Source of the DNA: an uncultured Candidatus Saccharibacteria bacterium
GTDB taxonomy: Bacteria; Patescibacteriota; UBA1384; CAYGGE01
NCBI GenBank assembly: GCA_964349485.1
Contig: CAYGGE010000002.1
Location: 5,737-69,736, forward strand
Length of the DNA stretch: 64,000 nucleotides
Direction: 5' to 3'
Each line of letters opens with the position of its first letter. Position 1 is the stretch's first letter. Positions 17,070-26,550 of this stretch are shown here, one piece after another. A program made the position numbers and the translations under genes. The notes under the pieces were generated by a model. It was not told the DNA's origin. It made no database searches and saw only the letters and a program-made list of their open reading frames with translations.

Positions 17070-18464
17070 ATGAACCAGTCAAAACCACAGATTCATTTTA
17101 TTGGCATCAAGGGCGTTGGTATGTCGGCTTTGGCCTTGGTAGCTAATGGACTCGGCCACAATGTGAGTGGCTCGGATGTGAATGAACAGTTCATTACTGA
17201 TCAATCGTTGCAAGATGCTGGTATCTTTGTCGCTTCAGGATTTAATGCTGACCATATACCGACCGACACTGGACTTGTGGTGGTCGGAGGATCGTTTGAT
17301 CAAAACAATCCTGAAGTCATCGCGGCGAAGCAGAGAAACCTGCAAATCTTGACCTATTCCGAGTTTCTGGGTCAACTTTCAGATGATCAAAAAACTATCG
17401 CGATCGCCGGCACACATGGTAAAACGACGACTACCGCCCTATTAGCATATATTTTTGAACAATCTGGAGAGAAGCCAAGCTATGTGATTGGTACTGGAAG
17501 CGTGGCAGGCCTCAAGGCACCGGGTGCAGCGGGAGAAGGAGAATATTTTATTACTGAGGCAGACGATTATAAACGCTCAGTTGCCGATCCAACCCCTAAG
17601 TTTCTTGATCTTAAACCCTACGCGGCAATCGTTACCTCTATTGAACATGATCACCCCGATCTTTTCCCTACTTTGCAGTCCTGTACCGATGCTTTCGTAA
17701 AATTTGCGACCAAGCTTAGGCCCGATGGTTTTCTTGTGGTTAATGCCGACGATGCGGGAGTAACTAGCTTGCGGGCGATAATTACTAATAAAAAAGTCAT
17801 TAGTTACGGTCATGACAATGGTGCCGACTATCGGATTACCCTATCGCAAACTGACGCCGAGAGCCCAGTGCGTTTTTCGCTAGTTACGGCGACTACGACC
17901 TATGGACCATTTGAGTTAGGCCTTCGTGGTAGACACAATTTGTCTAATGCCGCCGCCGCCGTGACGATGGCTTTAGAGCTCGGCTTGTCGCCTGCGAAAA
18001 TCCAAGCTATCTTACCAACATTCGAGTCTGTTGAACGTCGCTACGACTATGTTGGCAAGCGGGGAGAGATTGATATTTACGACGATTATGCCCATCATCC
18101 GACCGCTGTTGCCGTAACCTTAGAGACCTTACGTATTCAGTATCGTCGCCGGCCTTTATGGTGTGTCTTCCAGCCACATACTTACTCTCGTACAAAAGCG
18201 TTACTTGAAGAATTTGGTGCGGCTTTTGGTGCGGCTAGTATGGTCATCATTACCGATATCTATGCTTCAGCGAGAGAAACTGAAGTCACGGTCACAGCTA
18301 ACGAACTAGTACGGGCTATCGCCGCAAATCGCGACTCAGTACAATACGTCAGTCACGATACACTAGAAAAGTATCTAAAGGAGAATTTACCCTCTAATGC
18401 AGTATTGGTGACCATGGGTGCCGGGGATATATATAAAATAGGACGAGCACTCCTCGATAGCTAA
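17070..18464 (+). CDS. murC: UDP-N-acetylmuramate--L-alanine ligase MurC
   Basis: IHFIGIKGVGMSALA... GTHGKTTTT. The start is taken at the ATG with RBS GAAGGTG. The ORF-track start lies 11 codons upstream. Confidence 0.85.
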   Translation: MNQSKPQIHFIGIKGVGMSALALVANGLGHNVSGSDVNEQFITDQSLQDAGIFVASGFNADHIPTDTGLVVVGGSFDQNNPEVIAAKQRNLQILTYSEFLGQLSDDQKTIAIAGTHGKTTTTALLAYIFEQSGEKPSYVIGTGSVAGLKAPGAAGEGEYFITEADDYKRSVADPTPKFLDLKPYAAIVTSIEHDHPDLFPTLQSCTDAFVKFATKLRPDGFLVVNADDAGVTSLRAIITNKKVISYGHDNGADYRITLSQTDAESPVRFSLVTATTTYGPFELGLRGRHNLSNAAAAVTMALELGLSPAKIQAILPTFESVERRYDYVGKRGEIDIYDDYAHHPTAVAVTLETLRIQYRRRPLWCVFQPHTYSRTKALLEEFGAAFGAASMVIITDIYASARETEVTVTANELVRAIAANRDSVQYVSHDTLEKYLKENLPSNAVLVTMGAGDIYKIGRALLDS

Positions 18465-18467
18465 TTT

Positions 18468-19532
18468 ATGATAGACAATTCATTACTCGAACAATTGAGG
18501 TTAAAAATCCCAGGGGTGGCTCAAAATGAGCCATTATCGCGCCACAGTACTATCCGTGCTGGCGGTTTAGCAGCCGCATTTCTGGTCACTAAGACAATCG
18601 ATGAGCTGGTCAGTGCCGTTACGGTCGTAAGGGAACTAGGCATACTCTTTCGAATTATCGGCGGTGGCAGCAATACTCTCTTTTCTGATAAAGGTTTTGA
18701 TGGCCTCGTAATTAAAAACCTGGCCAATGGCATCGATATCGCTGGTGCCAGAGAGGAACTTGATCCGATACCTTGGCAGCCAGTGGCCGAGATCCGTCAC
18801 GAAGCGGCTAATCCTAGCAAATATGTTTCATTTCTCGATCTAAATTATGATGAGCGACCTGGCGATACTCTTGTTACGGTTGAGTCTGGGATCAATCTGA
18901 CGGCCCTAATAATTCGATCCCTCGATGCTGGTCTACTTGGTCTTGAGTGGTTTGGTGGTATACCCGGGACGCTCGGTGGGGCAATATACAACAATATTCA
19001 CGGTGGAACTCACTTTATTGGCGAACGAGTCAACAGTGTTGAGGCATTAACTGGAGATGGATCAAGGCAGAGTTATGCACATGAAGAGCTGGCTTTTAGT
19101 TATGACAAGAGTCGTTTTCACGATACGGCGGAGGTAATCCTGCGTGTTGAGCTATCTTTGACTAAAGGCACAAAACTGGAGATTGATCGAGCCGACGATA
19201 CTTTCCGCCAATGGGTTAGACGCAAAGGTGAAATGCAACCAAAGCTCGGTTCGCTAGGCTCAACCTTTCAAAATATTAGCCAAGCTGATCGACAAAAGAT
19301 TGGCGCACCGACGACGTCTGCCGGATGGATTATCGAGCAGGTAGGGTTAAAGGGACATCGAATTGGTGACGCTCAGATTGCACCTGAACATGCCAATTTT
19401 ATTATTAATCACGGTGGCGCGACCTCGAGCGATATCTATGCGCTAATCCGTCTAGCCCAAAAAGAGGTGAAGAAGAAGTTTGGTCTCGATCTTCAACTTG
19501 AGGTGTTTCTGGTGGGAGAATTTGATTACTGA
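18468..19532 (+). CDS. murB: UDP-N-acetylenolpyruvoylglucosamine reductase MurB
   Basis: FAD-binding GGGSNTLF. C-terminal NHGGATSSD ... LEVFLVGEF. Confidence 0.85.
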   Translation: MIDNSLLEQLRLKIPGVAQNEPLSRHSTIRAGGLAAAFLVTKTIDELVSAVTVVRELGILFRIIGGGSNTLFSDKGFDGLVIKNLANGIDIAGAREELDPIPWQPVAEIRHEAANPSKYVSFLDLNYDERPGDTLVTVESGINLTALIIRSLDAGLLGLEWFGGIPGTLGGAIYNNIHGGTHFIGERVNSVEALTGDGSRQSYAHEELAFSYDKSRFHDTAEVILRVELSLTKGTKLEIDRADDTFRQWVRRKGEMQPKLGSLGSTFQNISQADRQKIGAPTTSAGWIIEQVGLKGHRIGDAQIAPEHANFIINHGGATSSDIYALIRLAQKEVKKKFGLDLQLEVFLVGEFDY

Positions 19533-20506
19533 TGGATCTAGTACTTTTACGTCGAAAACTGAAAGGGCGTCTAAAGGAAAATGTAGTCATTCGGGATTAT
19601 GTTGTTTCTTCAGTTGGTGGAGTTGTCGACTACCTTGTAATCTGTGAGACTGTAGAGTCAGTCATAGAAACTGTCACAATTGCTAAAGAAGCGAACACTC
19701 CCATGGTGGTAATTGGTCAAGGAAGTAATGTTCTTTTCTCAGACGTTGGTTATGCTGGATTAGTGATCGTAAACCGGACGAGTCGTTTGTCGGTCATCCC
19801 AGAAAAAAGTCAGGTGATCGCTGATAGCGGCGTTGTGCTAACCCGACTGATGATGGAGTCGGCGGCCCATGACTTAACTGGACTTGAGTTCTTCTCGTCA
19901 CTTCGAGGCACTATCGGTGGTGCAACGGTCAATAATCGACAAGCTAATGGAGTGGCGATCGGTAAGTTTATTAAAGGCGTGACTGTCTTGATGCCTGATG
20001 GTGCAGTTGTTCATCACCCTGTATCATGGCTCGATTTTGAGCCGTTTATCAGTCGACTGATGCGGGTACGAATGGCCGATCAGACAACATTGATCCCCAC
20101 AATTTTAACCGTTACGTTACAACTCTCGCGCAACAAAAAAGAAGAAATTGTCCGAAAGATTCAACATTTTAGCACACTAAATAAGAAATTCTGGCCACTT
20201 GAAGAGCCATCGATTGGGCCTATCTTCCGTGATCCGGCCCTTGATCAACCGGCTGAGGCCTTTATGCAAGACATCGCCCTTAAAAAAATGAAAATCGGCC
20301 GGGCTAAAATATATCCGGCCAATCACAACTTCATCTTGACACACGATCGAGGTTTAGGCGCGGGGAAAACGGTTGATATTGCCCAGCTCGTACTGGCCAT
20401 GAAAAAGAATGTCCTAGATAATTATGGCGTCTTTCTTGAGGAAGCTTTTGAGTACATAGGTAATTGGGAAAACCTAGAGACCGATGCTGACCATACTATT
20501 ATATAA
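19532..20506 (+). CDS. Second MurB-like paralog (FAD-binding PCMH fold) in tandem
   Basis: VVIGQGSNVLFSD ... NHNFILTHDRG ... LEEAFEY. It sits immediately after murB with an overlapping stop/start. Confidence 0.6.
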   Translation: MDLVLLRRKLKGRLKENVVIRDYVVSSVGGVVDYLVICETVESVIETVTIAKEANTPMVVIGQGSNVLFSDVGYAGLVIVNRTSRLSVIPEKSQVIADSGVVLTRLMMESAAHDLTGLEFFSSLRGTIGGATVNNRQANGVAIGKFIKGVTVLMPDGAVVHHPVSWLDFEPFISRLMRVRMADQTTLIPTILTVTLQLSRNKKEEIVRKIQHFSTLNKKFWPLEEPSIGPIFRDPALDQPAEAFMQDIALKKMKIGRAKIYPANHNFILTHDRGLGAGKTVDIAQLVLAMKKNVLDNYGVFLEEAFEYIGNWENLETDADHTII

Positions 20507-20509
20507 CAC

Positions 20510-21550
20510 TTACCCAAAACTGAGTACAGGGTCACGATCTAACTCCTCGATATTCTTAACATAATCGTTGTGTCTTGTCTGATAATATGCCGCTACTGCG
20601 ATCATCGCGGCATTATCGGTGCACAGTTTTTTTAGATTGGGATAGTGGACAGTCACCCCAGATGGCTTAAGGGCTTTTCTTATGGCTTGTCGAAGAGCAG
20701 TGTTGGCGATGACTCCCCCGCCAAGTAAGACTTGTTTGATCTTGTACTGTTTTATAGCTGGAATTAGCTTAATGAGAATTGCATGGATAGCGACACGTTG
20801 GAAGCTAGCGGCAATATCAACGATTTCTTGTTTGTTTAGTTCGTGCCCGTCGGCCGTCATTTTCTTAATCATATAGAGGACAGAAGTCTTCAGGCCAGAG
20901 AAACTAAAGTTGAGGTCGTTAGAATGTTTCATGGGAATTGGGAAGTCGTACGCATTAGCATCACCCTCTTTTGCTAGACTAGCCAATACCGGTCCACCTG
21001 GATAACCAAGGCCGAGCATTCTGGCAACCTTATCGAAAGCTTCACCCATTGCATCGTCAAGTGTCGCACCGACAATCTCGAAGTCGAAGTCGTCTTTGAT
21101 GAGTACTAATTCAGTGTGGCTACCAGAGAGGAGCAGGGCGAGACTAGGGTGGGTGATGGCGTCGATTGAAGATTTACCTGCTTTTGTTTTGGCAAAGTTA
21201 GCATAGATATGACCAATCATATGATTGACCGCGACTAAGGGTTTGTTAGAGAACGTAGCAAGTTCTTTCGCTTTGCGAACGCCGACTTCTAGGGCGATAG
21301 CCAGACCTGGGCCATAGGTCACCGCAAAGACATCGATCTGTTCGAGTGTAAGGCCTGAGCGTTTAAGTGCCAACTTCATGACTGGGTCGAGTTGCTCGTT
21401 GTGGGCCCGTTGAGCGATACTCGGTACGACACCGCCCCACTGTTTATGGAGTTCGATCTGCGAAGATATCGCGTTTGTCAAAATGACATCGTCACGGCTG
21501 ATCGCGACTGAAGTCTCATCACAACTGGTATCGATGGCTAAAATATGCAT
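20510..21550 (-). CDS. tsaD: tRNA N6-adenosine threonylcarbamoyltransferase TsaD (Kae1/YgjD family)
   Basis: MHILAIDTSCDETSVAI and NHMIGHIYA motifs. Confidence 0.9.
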   Translation of the reverse strand: MHILAIDTSCDETSVAISRDDVILTNAISSQIELHKQWGGVVPSIAQRAHNEQLDPVMKLALKRSGLTLEQIDVFAVTYGPGLAIALEVGVRKAKELATFSNKPLVAVNHMIGHIYANFAKTKAGKSSIDAITHPSLALLLSGSHTELVLIKDDFDFEIVGATLDDAMGEAFDKVARMLGLGYPGGPVLASLAKEGDANAYDFPIPMKHSNDLNFSFSGLKTSVLYMIKKMTADGHELNKQEIVDIAASFQRVAIHAILIKLIPAIKQYKIKQVLLGGGVIANTALRQAIRKALKPSGVTVHYPNLKKLCTDNAAMIAVAAYYQTRHNDYVKNIEELDRDPVLSFG

Positions 21551-21584
21551 AACAAGTAATAATTAAAAACGAATAATGAATAAT

Positions 21585-22682
21585 TTATAGTATAGGTTGG
21601 TCTGAGTAGGTGATCGTTCGTTGATGTTCATTATCGCCGTACTCAAGCTTGACCCAAATTATCTTGGCCTCAGCTGTATAGTTACTCAAAACGTCGGCAA
21701 TTTTGTCGGCCCATTCGATCGCTAATACAGCGTTTGAATCTATCATCTTTGCGAGACCTAAATCAACAAACTCTTTACTGTCAAATAATCGCCAGGTGTC
21801 GATATGTATAAACTGATTAGGAGTATCACCGTAATTGAAATTGTACTCCCTAGATAGAGTGAAGGTCGGCGAAGTGATTGGTTTTGTTACGCCTAGGTCT
21901 TGACCAATACCTTTAGAGAGCTGAGTCTTGCCGGCGCCCATCTCGCCGACTAAGGCAAAGATAAGGGCTCGCTCATTGAGATATTGGCGGTATTGTCCAA
22001 CCAATTGTGCACCGATCTCCTGGGTCTCGGCGGCGCTTTCAGTAGTGACAATGGTTGCCTCTGACAATTTAATATCTCCTTGGCGAAGGATAGTTGGCTG
22101 GTCAAGCGTCGTATCGATTACCGTCGACGGTTCATTTTTTTGGAGAGCTCCGGCGTCGATAATTAGATCGATCAATGACTTTTGATGGGCGGAAATGTTT
22201 TCCAAGATGTCGGAGATTGCATACGGTCGTTTTTTGTATGAGGCGTTGGCTGAACTTGCCGTTATCGGCTTACCATATGCGGCTAAGATCTTACGGATTA
22301 CGCTCGAGTCAGGAATTCGAATTCCTAAAGTAGCGCGTTCAGATTCAACACCTTTGGCCACCTTACCTTTGGATTTCGAGATGATGGTGATTGGCCCCGG
22401 GAGAAAGTTCGTATACAGCCGTTGTGCCTCACTATTAAGTTCGACATACTGACTAGCCATCGCCTGGTCGTTTACGGCGATTGATAGCGGTTTACCCTGC
22501 CGGCGAGCTTTATAGCGCAATAATCTATCTACGGCGGCTTGATTAGTCGCGTCGGCGCCTATACCGTAAACCGTCTCAGTCGGGTAGATAACTAAACCAC
22601 CGGCCGCGAGTACACGGCAGGCAGTATCAATAATCTGTTGGGACTGGGTTGTTTTACAATCAAGGGTAATCATAGTCACCAT
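21585..22682 (-). CDS. Fusion protein. N-terminal domain: L-threonylcarbamoyladenylate synthase TsaC/YrdC. C-terminal domain: TsaE (YjeE P-loop).
   Basis: N-terminal PTETVYGIGADA...SANASYK. C-terminal GEMGAGKTQLSKGI...SPTFTLSREY...HIDTWRL. Confidence 0.7.
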   Translation of the reverse strand: MVTMITLDCKTTQSQQIIDTACRVLAAGGLVIYPTETVYGIGADATNQAAVDRLLRYKARRQGKPLSIAVNDQAMASQYVELNSEAQRLYTNFLPGPITIISKSKGKVAKGVESERATLGIRIPDSSVIRKILAAYGKPITASSANASYKKRPYAISDILENISAHQKSLIDLIIDAGALQKNEPSTVIDTTLDQPTILRQGDIKLSEATIVTTESAAETQEIGAQLVGQYRQYLNERALIFALVGEMGAGKTQLSKGIGQDLGVTKPITSPTFTLSREYNFNYGDTPNQFIHIDTWRLFDSKEFVDLGLAKMIDSNAVLAIEWADKIADVLSNYTAEAKIIWVKLEYGDNEHQRTITYSDQPIL

Positions 22683-22759
22683 TTATACTATAAAACGATC
22701 ATTTTTTGAAGTCCCCATGCTCTTCTCACCCTATAAGCAATGACGTATAATGAGTACAT

Positions 22760-23908
22760 ATGAGGTCAATTATATTATCGCTCCTAGAGCGCTATCTTGT
22801 TCGGCTCGCGCAAGTTACTTTGGCGATCGACAAACCGGTGATTATTGGCATTACCGGAAGCGTCGGTAAGACAACCGCCAAAGAAGCCGTATTCCATCTT
22901 CTTGAAACAGCCAAACTACCGGTTCGTAAAACTGGAGGCAACTTAAACTTCGATATTGGTATCGCCATGACAATCCTGGGTTATGATCATAGCCCAGCGA
23001 TCTGGGAATGGCCATGGGCAATATTGATTGTTCATCTCAATTGGTTGTTACAGCTCTCAAGGCTTACCCATTTACCAGAATATTTAGTAGTCGAGATGGG
23101 AATCGATCGACTGGGCGATATGAAACGTCTGACTAAATGGCTTAAACCATCGATTGGGGTGGTCACCTGGATCGGAGAAGGGCACCATCTGGAATACTTG
23201 AAAGATGCCCCAACCATAGCTAGGGAAAAAGGCGAGATGCTGAGGGTCTTACCTAAGAACGGGCTAGCTATCTTGCCAGCTAAAGATCCGAATATTGCAA
23301 TCTTGAAAGCGATGTCTAGTGCTGATACAGAGCTATTTCAGGCGACGGGTGTTGAGTCGATCGAAGAAATACTTGCTATCATTGCCAAGAGACTAGATAT
23401 CCAGGCATCGATTGCTGAAGAGTCAATGCAAACCTTCAAACAACCTAAAGGACGACTTAATATCTTCGTCGGAATAAAGGATACGACTATTCTTGATGAT
23501 TCTTACAACACCAGTCTGCCAGCCATCCGGATGGCTTTGACTAAACTTAGTGAGCTTCAGGCCAAAAGAAAAGTCGCAATTTTGGGTGATATCCTGGAGC
23601 AAGGGGACTATGAAAAGGAACATCATGAAAAGGCGGCTGATCTGGTGCATGAAACTGCCGATCTATTCATTGGTGTGGGTAGGCGCATGCAAAATGTTAA
23701 GCCTGATTATTGGTTCGCTGACCCTGATGAAGCTGCCCTCAAAATCCCCGATCTGCTTGAGGCTGGTGACGGTGTACTAGTTAAGGGTTCGCAAGGTATG
23801 CGGCTGGAAAAAATTAGTTATTCATTAATTGCTGATAAGCGGCAAGCAAAGAGGTTACTCCCCCGTCAGGACAGACGATGGCAACAGATCCCGTTTGGAA
23901 ATCCGTAG
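22760..23908 (+). CDS. Mur ligase family protein, MurF-like (382 aa). It appears to lack the usual N-terminal domain.
   Basis: IIGITGSVGKTTAKEAV P-loop near the N-terminus. C-terminal Mur ligase domain. Confidence 0.55.
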   Translation: MRSIILSLLERYLVRLAQVTLAIDKPVIIGITGSVGKTTAKEAVFHLLETAKLPVRKTGGNLNFDIGIAMTILGYDHSPAIWEWPWAILIVHLNWLLQLSRLTHLPEYLVVEMGIDRLGDMKRLTKWLKPSIGVVTWIGEGHHLEYLKDAPTIAREKGEMLRVLPKNGLAILPAKDPNIAILKAMSSADTELFQATGVESIEEILAIIAKRLDIQASIAEESMQTFKQPKGRLNIFVGIKDTTILDDSYNTSLPAIRMALTKLSELQAKRKVAILGDILEQGDYEKEHHEKAADLVHETADLFIGVGRRMQNVKPDYWFADPDEAALKIPDLLEAGDGVLVKGSQGMRLEKISYSLIADKRQAKRLLPRQDRRWQQIPFGNP

Positions 23909-23975
23909 GGACAGTATATGTCTCATGCCTCATGCAAGAGCTATATACTGTCTGATATAACTCAATCTATATCGT

Positions 23976-24812
23976 GTGGAGGGCACTATCTTTGTGCAGA
24001 CCAAACAGCGGCGTTTCGCTAGAAATAGACATGTCTATCGACAAGACTATACCTATTTCGACCGGACCAAAGAGATAAAACAGGGAGTATTTATCCCGAC
24101 TTGGGTTTTACCACTCTTCTTTGCCTTGGCCACACTTGCTTTCCTGATTTGGTTTTTTACAAGTGCTCCATGGCTTGCGGTGAAACATATTACAATTGAA
24201 GGTCAAGCAACGTCTGAGGTGATCAAGGAAATCAACAAACTTAAAGGTCAAAACGTCTTGTGGTTGTCGATTACCCGACCTGAAACGGCGATCATTCAGC
24301 ATCAACCTAGTATTAAAGAAATCCAAATTCTAAGAGGCATACCGGACACGCTTCGGGTGAAGTTGATCGAACGGAAACCAGCCCTCTTATGGCAAGTTAG
24401 TAACCAACTCTATACGATCGACGCTACGGGCTTCGTCTACAAACAGGAACTGTTGGCTTCGCGCGACGGCACATACATCTACCCCGACACAAATCTGGCG
24501 GTAGTCACCGATACTAAAGGCATTCCTGTCGAGATCGGCCAGACGGCTGTTCGTTCAGATTTCATTAGTTTTATCCAGTTGCTCCAAGAGCGGTTACCTG
24601 CGGATTACGGCCTCAAATTTCTAAGAGCCGAGATTAATGAAACGACTTTCAATGTTTCTATTCTTACCGACGCCGGTTGGAAAGTGATGTTTGATACGAC
24701 CAGGAAGATTGAACCTCAGCTTAAGACGTTAAAAGATGTGCTGGACGTGAAAAGGGCAGAGATAAAAGAGTATCTCGACCTCAGGGTACGGGGCTGGGTC
24801 TACTATAAGTAA
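23976..24812 (+). CDS. ftsQ: FtsQ/DivIB-like cell division protein (TM plus POTRA)
   Basis: Single TM. POTRA-like ...IKEIQILRGIPDTLRVKLIERKPALLWQ...YTIDATGFV. Confidence 0.6.
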   Translation: MEGTIFVQTKQRRFARNRHVYRQDYTYFDRTKEIKQGVFIPTWVLPLFFALATLAFLIWFFTSAPWLAVKHITIEGQATSEVIKEINKLKGQNVLWLSITRPETAIIQHQPSIKEIQILRGIPDTLRVKLIERKPALLWQVSNQLYTIDATGFVYKQELLASRDGTYIYPDTNLAVVTDTKGIPVEIGQTAVRSDFISFIQLLQERLPADYGLKFLRAEINETTFNVSILTDAGWKVMFDTTRKIEPQLKTLKDVLDVKRAEIKEYLDLRVRGWVYYK

Positions 24813-24861
24813 TTACCTAGAGACAGTCGCTTTGCAATGTTATAATCGGTAGGGAGTATAT

Positions 24862-26550
24862 ATGCAAAAGCGCTGGATAGTTGCCCCGCGTACCCAAGAA
24901 GATCTTATCGATCAGTTACTCGACAATCGGGGGATTGTTAGTCGTGAGGCTTTTTTAGCGTTCGATTATGAGAAACTTCATGATCCTATGGGCTTACTGC
25001 AAATGGACACTGTGGTGGCAAGATTAATTAAAGCGATTGAGACTCAAGAACCGATAGCGATTTTTGGCGATTACGACCACGATGGCACACCGGCAGCTGT
25101 TTTGCTAACTGAAGGTATCGAGCGCTGTGGTGGCAAGGTTACAACAGTATATATTCCGACTCGTGCCGAGGGCTATAGTATCAGTATGACCGTCATCGAT
25201 CAATTTGCCTCAAGCGGGATAAAACTTATGGTTCTCGTCGATTGTGGTATTACCAATAAGACAGAGATCGATTATGCCGATAGCCAAGGAATTGAGACAA
25301 TCGTGATCGATCATCATGTGGTTCAAGTCGATAAATTTCCAACTAAAGCTATTGTCATCAACCCGAAACAAGCGGGCGATACCTACCCATTTAAAGAGCT
25401 CTGTGGTTGTGGTTTAGCGTTTAAGACTATTCAGGCCTTAGCCCGAAATACAGGCAAGATATCTGAGGTCGATTTAAAATGGTTTCTCGATCTGGTAGCA
25501 ATCTCCACGGTTTGCGACATGGTTCCTCTTGTCGATGAGAATCGGATCTTGGTCCACTATGGATTGATCGTCCTGCAGAAAACGCGTCGCTTGGGTCTCA
25601 AAAAGCTATTTGATGTGGCCGCGATTGATCCTAAGACCATTAGTACCTATACGGCCGGATTTCTTATTGGTCCGCGATTAAATGCTCCAGGGAGGATGGA
25701 GCGGGCAAGTATCGCTTATGACTTACTTGTCGCAAAAGATAGCGAGGAGGCAACGCAATTGGCAGTCAAATTGAACGAATTGAATATCGAACGTCAGAAT
25801 GAACTGACTCGTGTATTGAAAGATGCCCAAGCGCAGGTGGAGGCTAGGAAACTGCACGAGAAAAAAGTAATATTGGTTACCGGAGATACATGGCCCGATG
25901 GAATTGTCGGATTGGTCGCTGGTCGCCTGATGGATAAATATGGGCGCCCGACGATTGTCTTATCGATTCGGGAGGATGGCTTAGCCAAGGGCTCTGCCCG
26001 GTCAATTGATGGCTTTCATTTGGTTGAATCACTCAAAGAATGCGAACAGTATCTGATAAAATACGGTGGTCATGCAAAAGCAGCTGGTTTAAGCCTGGCC
26101 AGAGAACAGCTTGAACTTCTCTATGATAAGCTGATCGAGATTGCCGAGGCTAGACTATCCGAAGACGATCTTAAGCCAAAAATCCGAATAGACTGGGTAT
26201 TAGGACCCAATGAATTCACCCTTGAGACGGCGCACTTACTTGTTGGCCTTGAGCCGCATGGATTAGGCAATCCAAAGCCAATATTTATGGTTGAGTCGAT
26301 GACAATCACCGACAGTCGTCTAATCGGTCATGAGAGAACTCATCTTAAAATGCAATTGGCATTTCCTGACGATCGACGGATCGACGCGGTAGCCTTTAAT
26401 GCTTCATCACGCATATCTGAATCTTCGGTAGGCGGTGTGATCGACGTTGTAGGTTTTATGGACATCAACTCATGGCAAGATCGAGAGTCAGTACAGCTAA
26501 AAATCGTAGACTGGCGCTTGGCAGAGAAAGGTGATGATGCCAACAAATAA
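24862..26550 (+). CDS. recJ: Single-stranded-DNA-specific exonuclease RecJ
   Basis: DHDGTPAAVLL, VIDHH and DHH/DHHA1 architecture. Confidence 0.85.
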   Translation: MQKRWIVAPRTQEDLIDQLLDNRGIVSREAFLAFDYEKLHDPMGLLQMDTVVARLIKAIETQEPIAIFGDYDHDGTPAAVLLTEGIERCGGKVTTVYIPTRAEGYSISMTVIDQFASSGIKLMVLVDCGITNKTEIDYADSQGIETIVIDHHVVQVDKFPTKAIVINPKQAGDTYPFKELCGCGLAFKTIQALARNTGKISEVDLKWFLDLVAISTVCDMVPLVDENRILVHYGLIVLQKTRRLGLKKLFDVAAIDPKTISTYTAGFLIGPRLNAPGRMERASIAYDLLVAKDSEEATQLAVKLNELNIERQNELTRVLKDAQAQVEARKLHEKKVILVTGDTWPDGIVGLVAGRLMDKYGRPTIVLSIREDGLAKGSARSIDGFHLVESLKECEQYLIKYGGHAKAAGLSLAREQLELLYDKLIEIAEARLSEDDLKPKIRIDWVLGPNEFTLETAHLLVGLEPHGLGNPKPIFMVESMTITDSRLIGHERTHLKMQLAFPDDRRIDAVAFNASSRISESSVGGVIDVVGFMDINSWQDRESVQLKIVDWRLAEKGDDANK

